64,000 bases of DNA, from assembly GCA_002104905.1 (NCBI GenBank), contig MCFE01000434.1, positions 1-64,000 of the forward strand. The letters run 5' to 3'. The notes below the pieces were generated by a model. It worked only from the letters and a program-made list of their open reading frames with translations, was not told the origin of the DNA and did no database searches. Within the stretch, counting starts at the first letter, position 1, and every line of letters starts with the position of its first letter. The stretch is from Basidiobolus meristosporus CBS 931.73. Its lineage: Eukaryota; Fungi; Basidiobolomycota. The position numbers were made by a program, and so were the translations under genes. Below, in pieces: positions 23,966 through 34,998 of the stretch.

Positions 23966-24997
23966 TTAGAATACGGCTCCACCATCTACAATAAGGGTTT
24001 CATTAGATAGTTCAGGAACAATCAAGTGACACGAAGAGAATATACCATCATCATCGTCGTATTCATCCCCTTCACCATTATCGAAGTAAGAGTCCACATA
24101 GTCGGTTTCTTCCTCGAAGTCCTCCTCTTCATCGTAGGCCTCCTCGTTATCCTCTCCTTCTGCGCCCTCCTCTTCGTCAGCGTTCTGTTTACCGGCCAAA
24201 CATGAGTACGAGTGAATCGCTTCGTTACTAAAGTGTAGCATGGGCCTTACCTTTCCGTCGTCCTGTTCTTCCTTCTCTAAGCTATTAAGAGCCTCCAAAT
24301 CCACATTAAAGTTAACCTTCTTGGGTTCTACAGAGGAAAAATTAGACTTGTTACACTCAAGTGGATCTTTGAGTTAAATAAGGGGCCCTCACTCTTGACG
24401 GTTTTGGTTTTGTCGACTGCGGAATGCAATTCTTCAGGGAAGAAGCTGAGATCTACATGCAATATATTTCAGGGAATGGCTTGTATTGTGGTAGGGTTAC
24501 TGTACTCATTACCAGCAATTACACTAGACAAATGCTCTTTGGAGGTACTACGATGCTGATAACGGTCGGAATATCTTTCAATATCTGGGTGACGTATGAG
24601 CAATAGGATCTATCGTTACGAGGCAAACCGGAGTTTACCTTTGGGCGGGGGTGGAAGCTCTAAGTAGAAGGGACTTTCTTTTAGAGATTTTTTGTACTCT
24701 CTGAGGAGCTTCAAAGCCTCCCGTTCCTCGTAGGTGATTGATTTTGGTATGGGGAGATCGATTTCCTGTACACAAACAAAGAGACTTTAGCAAGAAGGTC
24801 GCGAAGACGAACCCCGTTTGGGCTGCCAAGGGGTCTCTTGGGTAACAAAATATTGGTTGGATTCGTACGGGGAAAATCTCCAACGGCTCGGCCGGGAAAA
24901 AAACCATCCCTTGCACTTCGCTCTGTAATCCACTCATCGGAGGTCCGGCCCTTCCGGGGCCTCCACCTCTACCTCTACCACGACCGCCGCGAGACAT
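23966..24997 (-). CDS. RPC31: RNA polymerase III subunit C31 (RPC7), multi-exon
   Basis: MSRGGRGRGRGGG N-terminus, PLEIFP, acidic C-terminus with DYVDSYFDNGEGDEYDDDD and terminal DGGAVF. Confidence 0.8.
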
Positions 24998-25667
24998 GTT
25001 TTTGTAGTGTTGTGGAGCTCGAGTGAACCTAGCCAAGTCACGGTTTTGACACACTACCTGATGTTTGGAAATTTTTCATTTTTTTTTTGGGCTAACCAGC
25101 AAATTAGGAATTTCGTATAAACCCCCAGTTAAATTACCAACGTTACATGGAATCCGGTTTTACCAAGGATTCAGTGAGATACCCAATAGCTTCCACTCTT
25201 CCCTCCACATGCTGACTTGATGATAGAATATCGATTCTGATCTTGCAGTTGTTGAAGCTTAATGTGTTTTAGCGCTATAGTTTGTACAATGAAGAACAGG
25301 CTTCGAGGATTACACTGGATATTGCCTATTTCGAGCACAGTATCAAAACTGATGATGAGCAACTGTCATTTTAAATCATTCAACGATCAAAGTTGTGGAT
25401 ACCTTATTCAATGAATTCAGCAATAATGCCCAATAGAGCTACTGAGAGACACTGCGTGATCGGATGCGAAGCCCTGAGCTATGTGGCGAACTGAGAATGA
25501 TTACACGAATTTGGTATACAGGTCGAGAGTTACATGGCAAAACCTGAAGCACGAGTGGAGAAAAAGAGCAAAACAGAGGGATATATAATGGGTGCAGTGA
25601 GGCAATCGACTCCCCAGGAAGATAATATCCTACATCACTAACTACATTACATTTCTAACCTCTAACG

Positions 25668-27188
25668 ATGCTAGTACACGATTTCACTTGGATATTCGTG
25701 GTGTGTATCATCTTCGCCTTCCTCGATGCCTACGGTATCGGTGCGAACGATGTCGCCAACTCATTCTCCACTTCCGTCTCCTCCAAATCTCTCACCCTTG
25801 GCCAGGCCTGTGCCATCGCCGTGTTCACCGAGTTCTTGGGTGCCTTCCTGATGGGCTCAGGAACAGCCGAGACAATCAAAGGAAAGATCATCTCCATCAA
25901 GAACTTCGAGAACCAGCCCGAGCTACTCATGCTTGCCATGACATGCGCCCTAGTGGGTTCATCCACCTGGGTGCTGTTTGCCACAAGAAATGGATGGCCA
26001 GTGTCGACCACTCATGCGATTGTCGGGGCAATCATCGGAGTAGGGATCGCAGCATTTGGTCCAAGCTCGGTTGACTGGAGTTACAACGGAGTGGCCAAGA
26101 TCATCACCTCCTGGTTCATCTCCCCCGTGTGCGCAGGAATAGTGGCCAGCATCATCTACTTGGTCACCAAATATGGCGTGCTCAAACATGAGAACTCCTT
26201 CGAGCGTGGCCTCATTGCCATCCCCTTGTACTTTGGATTCACCGCATTCATCAACGCCTTCTACATCATCTACAAAGGATCTCCAGGCCTTAACCTTGCC
26301 TCCGCCTCGCCAGGAGCTATTTGGGGATCCACCATTGGTATCACAGTTGCCGTGATGCTCTTCTGCTGGTTCTTCATTCGTCCTTGGTTGGTTCGCAAGC
26401 TCCAGAAGAAGGAGGATCTCCGCTGGTATCATGTCTTTGTCGTGCCTTTCCTCGGCCCCCGTCCTTCTGTGACCATTCACGGTGAGGAGGAGGGTAAGAC
26501 TGAGAAAATGGACCATGAGCTTACTCAGCAGGAGGAAACACCCCGCAATGGCATTTTCGAGCGTATCAAGGCTGTCGTGTTGCATGGCATCCGCAAGGAT
26601 GTTGTCAACTGCAAGGGTGAAAGAATGCAGAAGATTCACGATGCCGCCATCAGATATGACGATGACACCGAGTACATGTACAGCTTCCTCCAGGTCATCA
26701 CCGCCTCCATGGCCTCATTTGCCCATGGCTCGAACGATGTTGCCAATGCTGTTGGCCCACTCTCCACCGTGTACCATGTGTGGAGCACAGCCACTGTCGA
26801 CATCAGTGGCAAGACTCCAGTCCCGTTGTGGGTGTTGGCCATGGGAGGTGTAGCCATTGATCTTGGACTGATCACCTACGGCTACAACATCATGCGCACC
26901 CTCGGCAACAAGATCACCTACCACTCACCCACTCGTGGATTCAGCATGGAGCTCGGCAGCTCGTTGACTGTGCTGACCGCCTCGAAGATCGGACTGCCAG
27001 TGTCCACCACGCACTGCATCACCGGGGCCACCGCAGCAGTCGGACTGTGCAACGGAACAGCGAGCTCACTCAACTGGAGAATCATCGCATGGTGCTTCTT
27101 GTCCTGGATCTTGACTCTTCCGTTTGCTGGAGTTGTTGCTGGACTTTTGTTCTCATTTGCCGCGTATGCTCCAAAACTTACCCTCTAA
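25668..27188 (+). CDS. PHO89: PiT/Pho89-family (Na+ or H+)-phosphate symporter, copy 1, intronless, 506 aa
   Basis: Two PiT signatures GANDVANSF and FAHGSNDVANAVGP, PVSTTH twice, PTRGFSMELG. Confidence 0.95.
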   Translation: MLVHDFTWIFVVCIIFAFLDAYGIGANDVANSFSTSVSSKSLTLGQACAIAVFTEFLGAFLMGSGTAETIKGKIISIKNFENQPELLMLAMTCALVGSSTWVLFATRNGWPVSTTHAIVGAIIGVGIAAFGPSSVDWSYNGVAKIITSWFISPVCAGIVASIIYLVTKYGVLKHENSFERGLIAIPLYFGFTAFINAFYIIYKGSPGLNLASASPGAIWGSTIGITVAVMLFCWFFIRPWLVRKLQKKEDLRWYHVFVVPFLGPRPSVTIHGEEEGKTEKMDHELTQQEETPRNGIFERIKAVVLHGIRKDVVNCKGERMQKIHDAAIRYDDDTEYMYSFLQVITASMASFAHGSNDVANAVGPLSTVYHVWSTATVDISGKTPVPLWVLAMGGVAIDLGLITYGYNIMRTLGNKITYHSPTRGFSMELGSSLTVLTASKIGLPVSTTHCITGATAAVGLCNGTASSLNWRIIAWCFLSWILTLPFAGVVAGLLFSFAAYAPKLTL

Positions 27189-27549
27189 ATATCCAGTCCA
27201 TTAATATTGACTATTACACATATACATAACATACGACATAACATAAGAAGCTGTACAGGAATAAAATGTTTATACTTGATATGTGAAGGTAGTAATCGAA
27301 CTAATGAAAAATCTCGCAAACTGAAGTTGGTGCCCAATCCAGACGACAAATGATTAGTTGGGATGATTCCGCTTTCACCAGTTTAGTATGTGTATCCTGC
27401 GTACTATTGGAAATGATATCCAATGTCAGTATTTTTGATGAATTTGCTCGGGGGAGTTCTTGCACAACCTTTGACTCATCGAATAGTTCATCTAAATAAG
27501 GTTTGTGAAACCAGCGCTTATCTCATATAAAGTTTGGTAAGAATTTTTA

Positions 27550-27700
27550 CCAATTACCTGCCCGTAGGGAGACTCGTGGTTACAATCGGGTTCTTGCTTA
27601 CAGCATCTATAAGGATACAACTCGGGAAACATTTACTGCGAAATTTCATGTGAATCTTATATTGCATACACGTAAACTGCGTAACCCCAGCACGACCAAT
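27550..27700 (+). promoter_or_regulatory. Conserved composite promoter module upstream of PHO89 copy 2
   Basis: CCAAT 27550, CGTGGTTAC 27575 (gap 20); GTAAC 27681, CCAAT 27696 (gap 10). Confidence 0.7.
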
Positions 27701-27938
27701 GAAGCTTCTGGATTGCTTGATGTGCCCTTAAACGAAGGCTTATTTCAGCGAAAGGAGTCACAGCGCCTGAATTGGACTAGCAAGTTAAAAAACTGGGTTA
27801 GCTCCAACTTCTTATCCAAATAAGTAAAATGCCTCAACAAAGTGTTTCCACTGAGATGCGTACTGGATTCATATAAAGTTTACCCAGCTGTTCATTCACC
27901 ATCACTTGTTCAAGTGGCTCTCTCCTAAATATTTTGAC

Positions 27939-29460
27939 ATGCTTGTACATGACTTCACTTGGATATTCGTGGTGTGCATCATCTTCGCCTTCCTCGATGC
28001 CTACGGTATCGGTGCGAACGATGTTGCCAACTCGTTCTCCACCTCCGTCTCCTCCAAATCTCTCACCCTTGGCCAGGCCTGTGCCATTGCCGTGTTCACC
28101 GAGTTCTTGGGCGCCTTCCTGATGGGCTCAGGAACAGCCGAGACAATCAAAGGAAAGATCATCTCCATCAAGAACTTCGAGAACCAGCCCGAGCTACTAA
28201 TGCTTGCCATGACATGCGCCCTAGTGGGTTCATCCACCTGGGTGCTGTTTGCCACAAGAAATGGATGGCCAGTGTCGACCACTCACGCGATTGTCGGGGC
28301 AATCATCGGAGTAGGGATCGCAGCATTCGGGCCAAACTCGGTTGACTGGAGCTACAACGGAGTGGCCAAGATCATCACCTCCTGGTTCATCTCCCCCGTG
28401 TGCGCAGGAATAGTGGCCAGCATCATCTACTTGGTCACAAAATATGGCGTGCTCAAACATGAGAACTCTTTCGAGCGTGGCCTCATTGCCATCCCCTTGT
28501 ACTTTGGATTCACCGCATTTCATCAACGCCTTCTACATCATCTACAAAGGATCTCCAGGCCTTAACCTTGCCTCCGCCTCACCAGGAGCCATTTGGGGAT
28601 CCACCATTGGTATCACAGTTGCCGTGATGCTCTTCTGCTGGTTCTTCATTCGTCCTTGGTTGGTTCGCAAGCTCCAGAAGAAGGAGGATCTCCGCTGGTA
28701 TCATGTCTTTGTCGTGCCTTTCCTCGGCCCCCGTCCTTCTGTGACCATTCACAGTGAGGAGGAGGGTAAGACTGAGAAAATGGACCACGAGCTTACTCAG
28801 CAGGAGGAAACACCCCGCAATGGCATTTTCGAGCGTATCAAGGCTGTCGTGTTGCATGGCATCCGCAAGGATGTTGTCAACTGCAAGGGTGAAAGAATGC
28901 AGAAGATTCACGATGCCGCCATCAGATATGACGATGACACCGAGTACATGTACAGCTTCCTCCAGGTCATCACCGCCTCCATGGCCTCATTTGCCCATGG
29001 CTCGAACGATGTTGCCAATGCTGTTGGCCCACTCTCCACCGTGTACCATGTGTGGAGCACAGCCACTGTCGACATCAGTGGCAAGACCCCAGTCCCGTTG
29101 TGGGTGTTGGCCATGGGAGGTGTAGCCATTGATCTTGGGCTGATCACCTACGGCTACAACATCATGCGCACCCTCGGCAACAAGATCACCTACCACTCAC
29201 CCACCCGTGGATTCAGCATGGAGCTCGGCAGCTCGTTGACTGTGCTGACCGCCTCAAAGATTGGACTGCCAGTGTCCACCACGCACTGCATCACCGGGGC
29301 CACCGCAGCAGTCGGACTGTGCAACGGAACAGCGAGCTCACTCAACTGGAGAATCATCGCATGGTGCTTCTTGTCCTGGATCTTGACTCTTCCATTTGCT
29401 GGAGTTGTTGCTGGACTGTTGTTCTCATTTGCCGCGTATGCCCCCAAATTTACCCTTTAA
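27939..29460 (+). pseudogene. PHO89: PiT/Pho89 copy 2 with one +1 frameshift (pseudogene or sequencing error)
   Basis: 1522 bp versus 1521 in siblings; extra T at 28518-28520 (GCATTTCATC vs GCATTCATC); no other lesion seen. Confidence 0.75.
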
Positions 29461-30025
29461 ATTTAAATTCACGACCTAGCTTGAAAGATTTGTACAGTAA
29501 TAAAATTGTGTTTACCGAAGAAATTGCAACATACATCATTCATATATCCTGAATGCGTGGTTGAGATTTACAATTCAGTTGGTTGTAGGATCGGTTGCAT
29601 TGTGACTCAATGGTCCATTAGGGTGGAAGACAATGGGAATATTTAATAACTTTGCGGTACAAATGGTGATTGTAGTGTTCTTGAATTTTCCGGTAAATAT
29701 AGGATAAATATTTTGCTGTATACGGATTCGAGCAGGTGTGTAGAATTGCCAATTTGCATGCTCACTATATGCTTTCCATGATGCTTTCGTAAAGCGTACT
29801 CCATTGGGTATTTCAATGTCTACGGGATGCCGGCTAAATAGCCACGATTCTGACACAATGGAAAATCAGGAGGCAGTTTCATGATGGTCTTCTTTGGCAA
29901 CTCAAGATCAATTTCCAGCAGTTGAATCGGTTGGTGAGTAGTCAGTGGTTAGTAGGGAAATCCAAGTCAGATTTCACTGCCTCTGATTTACGCTTGTGTG
30001 AGATAGACTTTTGACGATGCAACCA

Positions 30026-30207
30026 CCAATCAGCTATCACCAAGGCATCTCGTGGTTACATTCACGATCAATAAAAAGCACGCTGATTCAGAAATCTAGT
30101 AGACATGAGATATACCGATTACTTGAGTAATTTTTTAAGATGACTGGATCTACAACTGAAGACCACTCCCCCGATATTTCGTCTGGAGTAACCTCACAGT
30201 GGCCAAT
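30026..30207 (+). promoter_or_regulatory. Conserved composite promoter module upstream of PHO89 copy 3
   Basis: CCAAT 30026, CGTGGTTAC 30051 (gap 20); GTAAC 30188, CCAAT 30203 (gap 10). Confidence 0.7.
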
Positions 30208-30428
30208 CGATTCTTTGATGCCAGTTGCATGCGTCTAAGCGAATTTTTATTCCAGAAACTAACGTTGCACCATTCGGCCAGACATGGCAACTAGAGCATC
30301 AACGACTGTAAGAAGTAAATTGTCCATGAACAATAGGAATGTTCCATTCAGATTTCATCTCATAGCACTGAATATAAAAGAAATTTGTTGGATTCTCTGT
30401 TGGTCAACTAAAAATCTACTTTAACTCA

Positions 30429-31949
30429 ATGCTAGTACACGATTTCACTTGGATATTCGTGGTGTGTATCATCTTTGCCTTCCTCGATGCCTACGGTATC
30501 GGTGCGAACGATGTCGCCAACTCATTCTCCACCTCCGTCTCCTCAAAATCTCTGACCCTTGGCCAGGCCTGTGTCATTGCCGTGTTCACCGAGTTCTTGG
30601 GTGCCTTCCTGATGGGCTCAGGAACAGCCGAGACAATCAAAGGAAAGATCATCTCCATCAAGAACTTCGAGAACCAGCCCGAGCTACTCATGCTTGCCAT
30701 GACATGCGCTCTAGTGGGTTCATCCACCTGGGTGCTGTTTGCCACAAGAAATGGATGGCCAGTGTCGACCACTCACGCGATTGTCGGGGCAATCATCGGA
30801 GTAGGGATCGCAGCATTCGGGCCAAACTCGGTTGACTGGAGCTACAACGGAGTGGCCAAGATCATCACCTCCTGGTTCATCTCCCCCGTGTGCGCAGGAA
30901 TAGTGGCCAGTATCATTTACCTGGTCACCAAACATGGTGTGCTGAAGCACAAGAACTCCTTTGAGCGTGGCCTCATTGCCATCCCCTTGTACTTTGGATT
31001 CACCGCATTCATCAACGCCTTCTACATCATCTACAAAGGATCTCCGGGCCTCAACCTTGCCTCCGCCTCGCCAGGAGCCATTTGGGGATCCACCGTTGGC
31101 ATCACAGTTGCCGTGATGTTCTTCTGCTGGTTCTTCATTCGTCCTTGGTTGGTTCGCAAGCTCCAGAAGAAGGAGGATCTCCGCTGGTATCATGTCTTTG
31201 TCGTGCCTTTCCTCGGCCCCCGTCCTTCTGTGACCATTCACAGTGAAGAGGAAGGCAAGGCTGAGAAGGGTGAGCACCAGATTGCTGAAGAAGGTGACGC
31301 TGCCCCCGCTGGTGTCTTCGAGCGCATCAAGGCTGTCGTGTTACACGGTGTCCGCAAGGATGTTGTCAACTGCAAAGGCGAGAGAATGCAGAAGATCCAC
31401 GATGCCGCCATCAGATATGACGATGACACCGAGTACATGTACAGCTTCCTCCAGGTCATCACTGCCTCCATGGCCTCATTTGCCCATGGCTCGAACGATG
31501 TTGCCAATGCTGTTGGCCCACTCTCCACCGTGTACCATGTGTGGAGCACAGCCACTGTCGACATCAGTGGCAAGACTCCAGTCCCGTTGTGGGTGTTGGC
31601 CATGGGAGGTGTAGCCATTGATCTTGGACTGATCACCTACGGCTACAACATCATGCGCACCCTCGGCAACAAGATCACCTACCACTCACCCACTCGTGGA
31701 TTCAGCATGGAGCTCGGCAGTTCGTTGACTGTGCTGACCGCCTCGAAGATCGGACTGCCAGTGTCCACCACGCACTGCATCACCGGGGCCACCGCAGCAG
31801 TCGGACTGTGCAACGGAACAGCGAGCTCACTCAACTGGAGAATCATCGCATGGTGCTTCTTGTCCTGGATCTTGACTCTTCCATTTGCTGGAGTTGTTGC
31901 TGGACTTCTGTTCTCATTTGCCGCGTATGCCCCTAAATTGACTCTCTAA
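30429..31949 (+). CDS. PHO89: PiT/Pho89 phosphate symporter, copy 3, 506 aa
   Basis: Full ORF, same signatures as copy 1. Confidence 0.95.
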   Translation: MLVHDFTWIFVVCIIFAFLDAYGIGANDVANSFSTSVSSKSLTLGQACVIAVFTEFLGAFLMGSGTAETIKGKIISIKNFENQPELLMLAMTCALVGSSTWVLFATRNGWPVSTTHAIVGAIIGVGIAAFGPNSVDWSYNGVAKIITSWFISPVCAGIVASIIYLVTKHGVLKHKNSFERGLIAIPLYFGFTAFINAFYIIYKGSPGLNLASASPGAIWGSTVGITVAVMFFCWFFIRPWLVRKLQKKEDLRWYHVFVVPFLGPRPSVTIHSEEEGKAEKGEHQIAEEGDAAPAGVFERIKAVVLHGVRKDVVNCKGERMQKIHDAAIRYDDDTEYMYSFLQVITASMASFAHGSNDVANAVGPLSTVYHVWSTATVDISGKTPVPLWVLAMGGVAIDLGLITYGYNIMRTLGNKITYHSPTRGFSMELGSSLTVLTASKIGLPVSTTHCITGATAAVGLCNGTASSLNWRIIAWCFLSWILTLPFAGVVAGLLFSFAAYAPKLTL

Positions 31950-32331
31950 AATTAATACTATCACTATAATTTAAATCGCATTTCACTACAATATACATAT
32001 ATCTTGCTGTATAGAAATAAATTGGCCTAACTTTCAAAACCAATGTACAAATGAAAGAATTTAAATACGTCTTCTGTTTCATCACTCCATCTGTCAACAA
32101 ACTGCAAAGCCATATTGGTATGTTGGCGTTACTAGGCCACCATATTTCTTGGTCAGTGACTGCAAAATCTTTGCTTGGAAGTAACACAAAGTATATGCTG
32201 CGCACTGTTCCACTAGCAGTCTATTTGGGAAATATGTTCGGTGTGAGTAATGTACCACATATTCCAGATAAACGATTTTCTTGAAATCAGTGTAACCAGA
32301 GCTTAGTGCCCATTAGCAACTGCACATGTAA

Positions 32332-32478
32332 CCAATAAATGATCAACAATGTTGCTCGTGGTTACCATCTTGTTTTCATACGGAATAGATGAGAATACCT
32401 ACTTGTATGCATCTGGTAAATAGCTTGTGAGCCCTTTTGTCCATCTATTCCGATGGAGGTAACTATAACGTGCCCAAT
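32332..32478 (+). promoter_or_regulatory. Conserved composite promoter module upstream of PHO89 copy 4
   Basis: CCAAT 32332, CGTGGTTAC 32357 (gap 20); GTAAC 32459, CCAAT 32474 (gap 10). Confidence 0.7.
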
Positions 32479-32720
32479 GGATTTCAGGAAGAGCATTTCA
32501 TGGTGTACACTTTTGGCTTATTCCCGAGGTCTGGAGACACAATCTTTACATAGGCCCAAATGGTGAGAACCTTGGCATGGGACAGGTTATCCATTGAAAT
32601 AGTAAAATATGTGGTAGAGGGCAGATACCATCACCAGAACGACCATATTTGTATAAAAATCAGCAGGAGCACCCACTACTCATCGCTTTGAAAAGTGAAA
32701 CCCTCTAAATCTCATTCATT

Positions 32721-34241
32721 ATGCTGGTCCACGATTTCACTTGGATATTCGTGGTGTGTATCATCTTCGCCTTCCTCGATGCCTACGGTATCGGTGCGAA
32801 CGATGTCGCCAACTCATTCTCCACCTCCGTCTCCTCAAAATCTCTGACCCTTGGCCAGGCCTGTGTCATCGCCGTGTTCACCGAGTTCTTGGGTGCCTTC
32901 CTGATGGGCTCAGGAACAGCCGAGACAATCAAAGGAAAGATCATCTCCATCAAGAACTTCGAGAACCAGCCCGAGCTACTCATGCTTGCCATGACATGCG
33001 CCCTAGTGGGTTCATCCACCTGGGTGCTGTTTGCCACAAAGAATGGATGGCCAGTGTCGACCACTCACGCGATTGTCGGGGCAATCATCGGAGTAGGGAT
33101 CGCAGCATTCGGGCCTAACTCGGTTGACTGGAGCTACAACGGAGTGGCCAAGATCATCACCTCTTGGTTCATCTCCCCCGTGTGCGCAGGAATAGTGGCC
33201 AGTATCATTTACCTGGTCACCAAACATGGTGTGCTGAAGCACAAGAACTCCTTTGAGCGTGGCCTCATTGCCATCCCCTTGTACTTTGGATTCACCGCAT
33301 TCATCAACGCCTTCTACATCATCTACAAAGGATCTCCAGGCCTTAACCTTGCCTCCGCCTCACCAGGAGCCATTTGGGGATCCACCGTTGGCATCACAGT
33401 TGCCGTGATGCTCTTCTGCTGGTTCTTCATTCGTCCTTGGTTGGTTCGCAAGCTCCAGAAGAAGGAGGATCTCCGCTGGTATCATGTCTTTGTCATTCCT
33501 TTCCTCGGCCCCCGTCCTTCTGTGACCATTCACAGTGAAGAGGAAGGCAAGGCTGAGAAGGGTGCGCATGAGATTGCTGAAGAAGGTGACGCTGCCCCCA
33601 CTGGTGTCTTCGAGCGCATCAAGGCTGTCGTGTTGCACGGTGTCCGCAAGGATGTTGTCAACTGCAAAGGCGAGAGAATGCAGAAGATCCACGATGCCGC
33701 CATCAGATATGACGATGACACCGAGTACATGTACAGCTTCCTCCAGGTCATCACTGCCTCCATGGCCTCATTTGCCCATGGCTCGAACGATGTTGCCAAT
33801 GCTGTTGGCCCACTCTCCACCGTGTACCATGTGTGGAGCACAGCCACTGTCGACATCAGTGGCAAGACTCCAGTCCCGTTGTGGGTGCTGGCCATGGGAG
33901 GTGTAGCCATTGATCTTGGACTGATCACCTATGGCTACAACATCATGCGCACCCTCGGCAACAAGATCACCTACCACTCACCCACCCGTGGATTTAGCAT
34001 GGAGCTCGGCAGCTCGTTGACTGTGCTGACCGCCTCGAAGATCGGACTGCCAGTGTCCACCACGCACTGCATCACCGGGGCCACCGCAGCAGTCGGGCTG
34101 TGCAACGGAACAGCGAGCTCACTCAACTGGAGAATCATCGCATGGTGCTTCTTGTCCTGGATCCTGACCCTTCCGTTTGCTGGGCTCGTTGCTGGACTTT
34201 TGTTCTCATTTGCTGCATATGCTCCCAAACTCACTCTTTAA
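32721..34241 (+). CDS. PHO89: PiT/Pho89 phosphate symporter, copy 4, 506 aa
   Basis: Full ORF, same signatures as copy 1. Confidence 0.95.
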   Translation: MLVHDFTWIFVVCIIFAFLDAYGIGANDVANSFSTSVSSKSLTLGQACVIAVFTEFLGAFLMGSGTAETIKGKIISIKNFENQPELLMLAMTCALVGSSTWVLFATKNGWPVSTTHAIVGAIIGVGIAAFGPNSVDWSYNGVAKIITSWFISPVCAGIVASIIYLVTKHGVLKHKNSFERGLIAIPLYFGFTAFINAFYIIYKGSPGLNLASASPGAIWGSTVGITVAVMLFCWFFIRPWLVRKLQKKEDLRWYHVFVIPFLGPRPSVTIHSEEEGKAEKGAHEIAEEGDAAPTGVFERIKAVVLHGVRKDVVNCKGERMQKIHDAAIRYDDDTEYMYSFLQVITASMASFAHGSNDVANAVGPLSTVYHVWSTATVDISGKTPVPLWVLAMGGVAIDLGLITYGYNIMRTLGNKITYHSPTRGFSMELGSSLTVLTASKIGLPVSTTHCITGATAAVGLCNGTASSLNWRIIAWCFLSWILTLPFAGLVAGLLFSFAAYAPKLTL

Positions 34242-34614
34242 TATCGTTGCTCCCCCTCGTTAAATCTCAAACTCACCGTAACATGCGTCTCTCTACCTCC
34301 ATAGAAATAAAAATTACAAAATTTTGATATCATAATAATTTGCTTTCGGGCCCATTGTACGTCTAGACAATTTATGGAGCTATGATGTTATTCACTTGCT
34401 CGCATTATGCTAAAGTATGATTAATGCCTCTACGGTCATCTTGTCAAATCCCGAAATTGAGTAGTACCTGGAATCGTTGTTCGCACATTGTGCTGCTCAT
34501 CTTCCATTCAGAAAATACCTTTAGTGCGGATTGGATTTCACCAACCCCGAAACTACAATTTTCTTAAAATCAGTGTAACCAAAGCTTAGTGCCCATTAGC
34601 TACTGCACATGTAA

Positions 34615-34754
34615 CCAATAAATGATCAACAATGTTGCTCGTGGTTACCATCTTGTTTTCATACGGAATAGATGAGAATGTCCATGTAATTGGTAAACAA
34701 TGTATAGCCCTCCTGCCCATCTATTTCAATGAAGGTAACCATCACGCGCCCAAT
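34615..34754 (+). promoter_or_regulatory. Conserved composite promoter module upstream of PHO89 copy 5
   Basis: CCAAT 34615, CGTGGTTAC 34640 (gap 20); GTAAC 34735, CCAAT 34750 (gap 10). Confidence 0.7.
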
Positions 34755-34998
34755 GGGTTCCATGAGGAGCATTTCATGGTGTAAGCACTTTGGCCTATTC
34801 CTGAGGTTTGGAGACACAACCTCCGAACTCGCCCAACTGGTGAAAACCTTAGCTCATAACAGGTTCAATGGCAGAAATAGTAAGTTATAAAGTATAGAGA
34901 AAATGCCATAATCAGAACGACCACATCCGTATAAAAGTCAGCAGGAACACCCACTACTCATCGCTTTGAAAAGTGAAACCCTCTAAATCCCATTCATT

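Noticed and set aside
24950-24997. RGG-rich N-terminus as a separate RNA-binding gene
   Set aside because: It is the usual N-terminus of RPC31 homologues.
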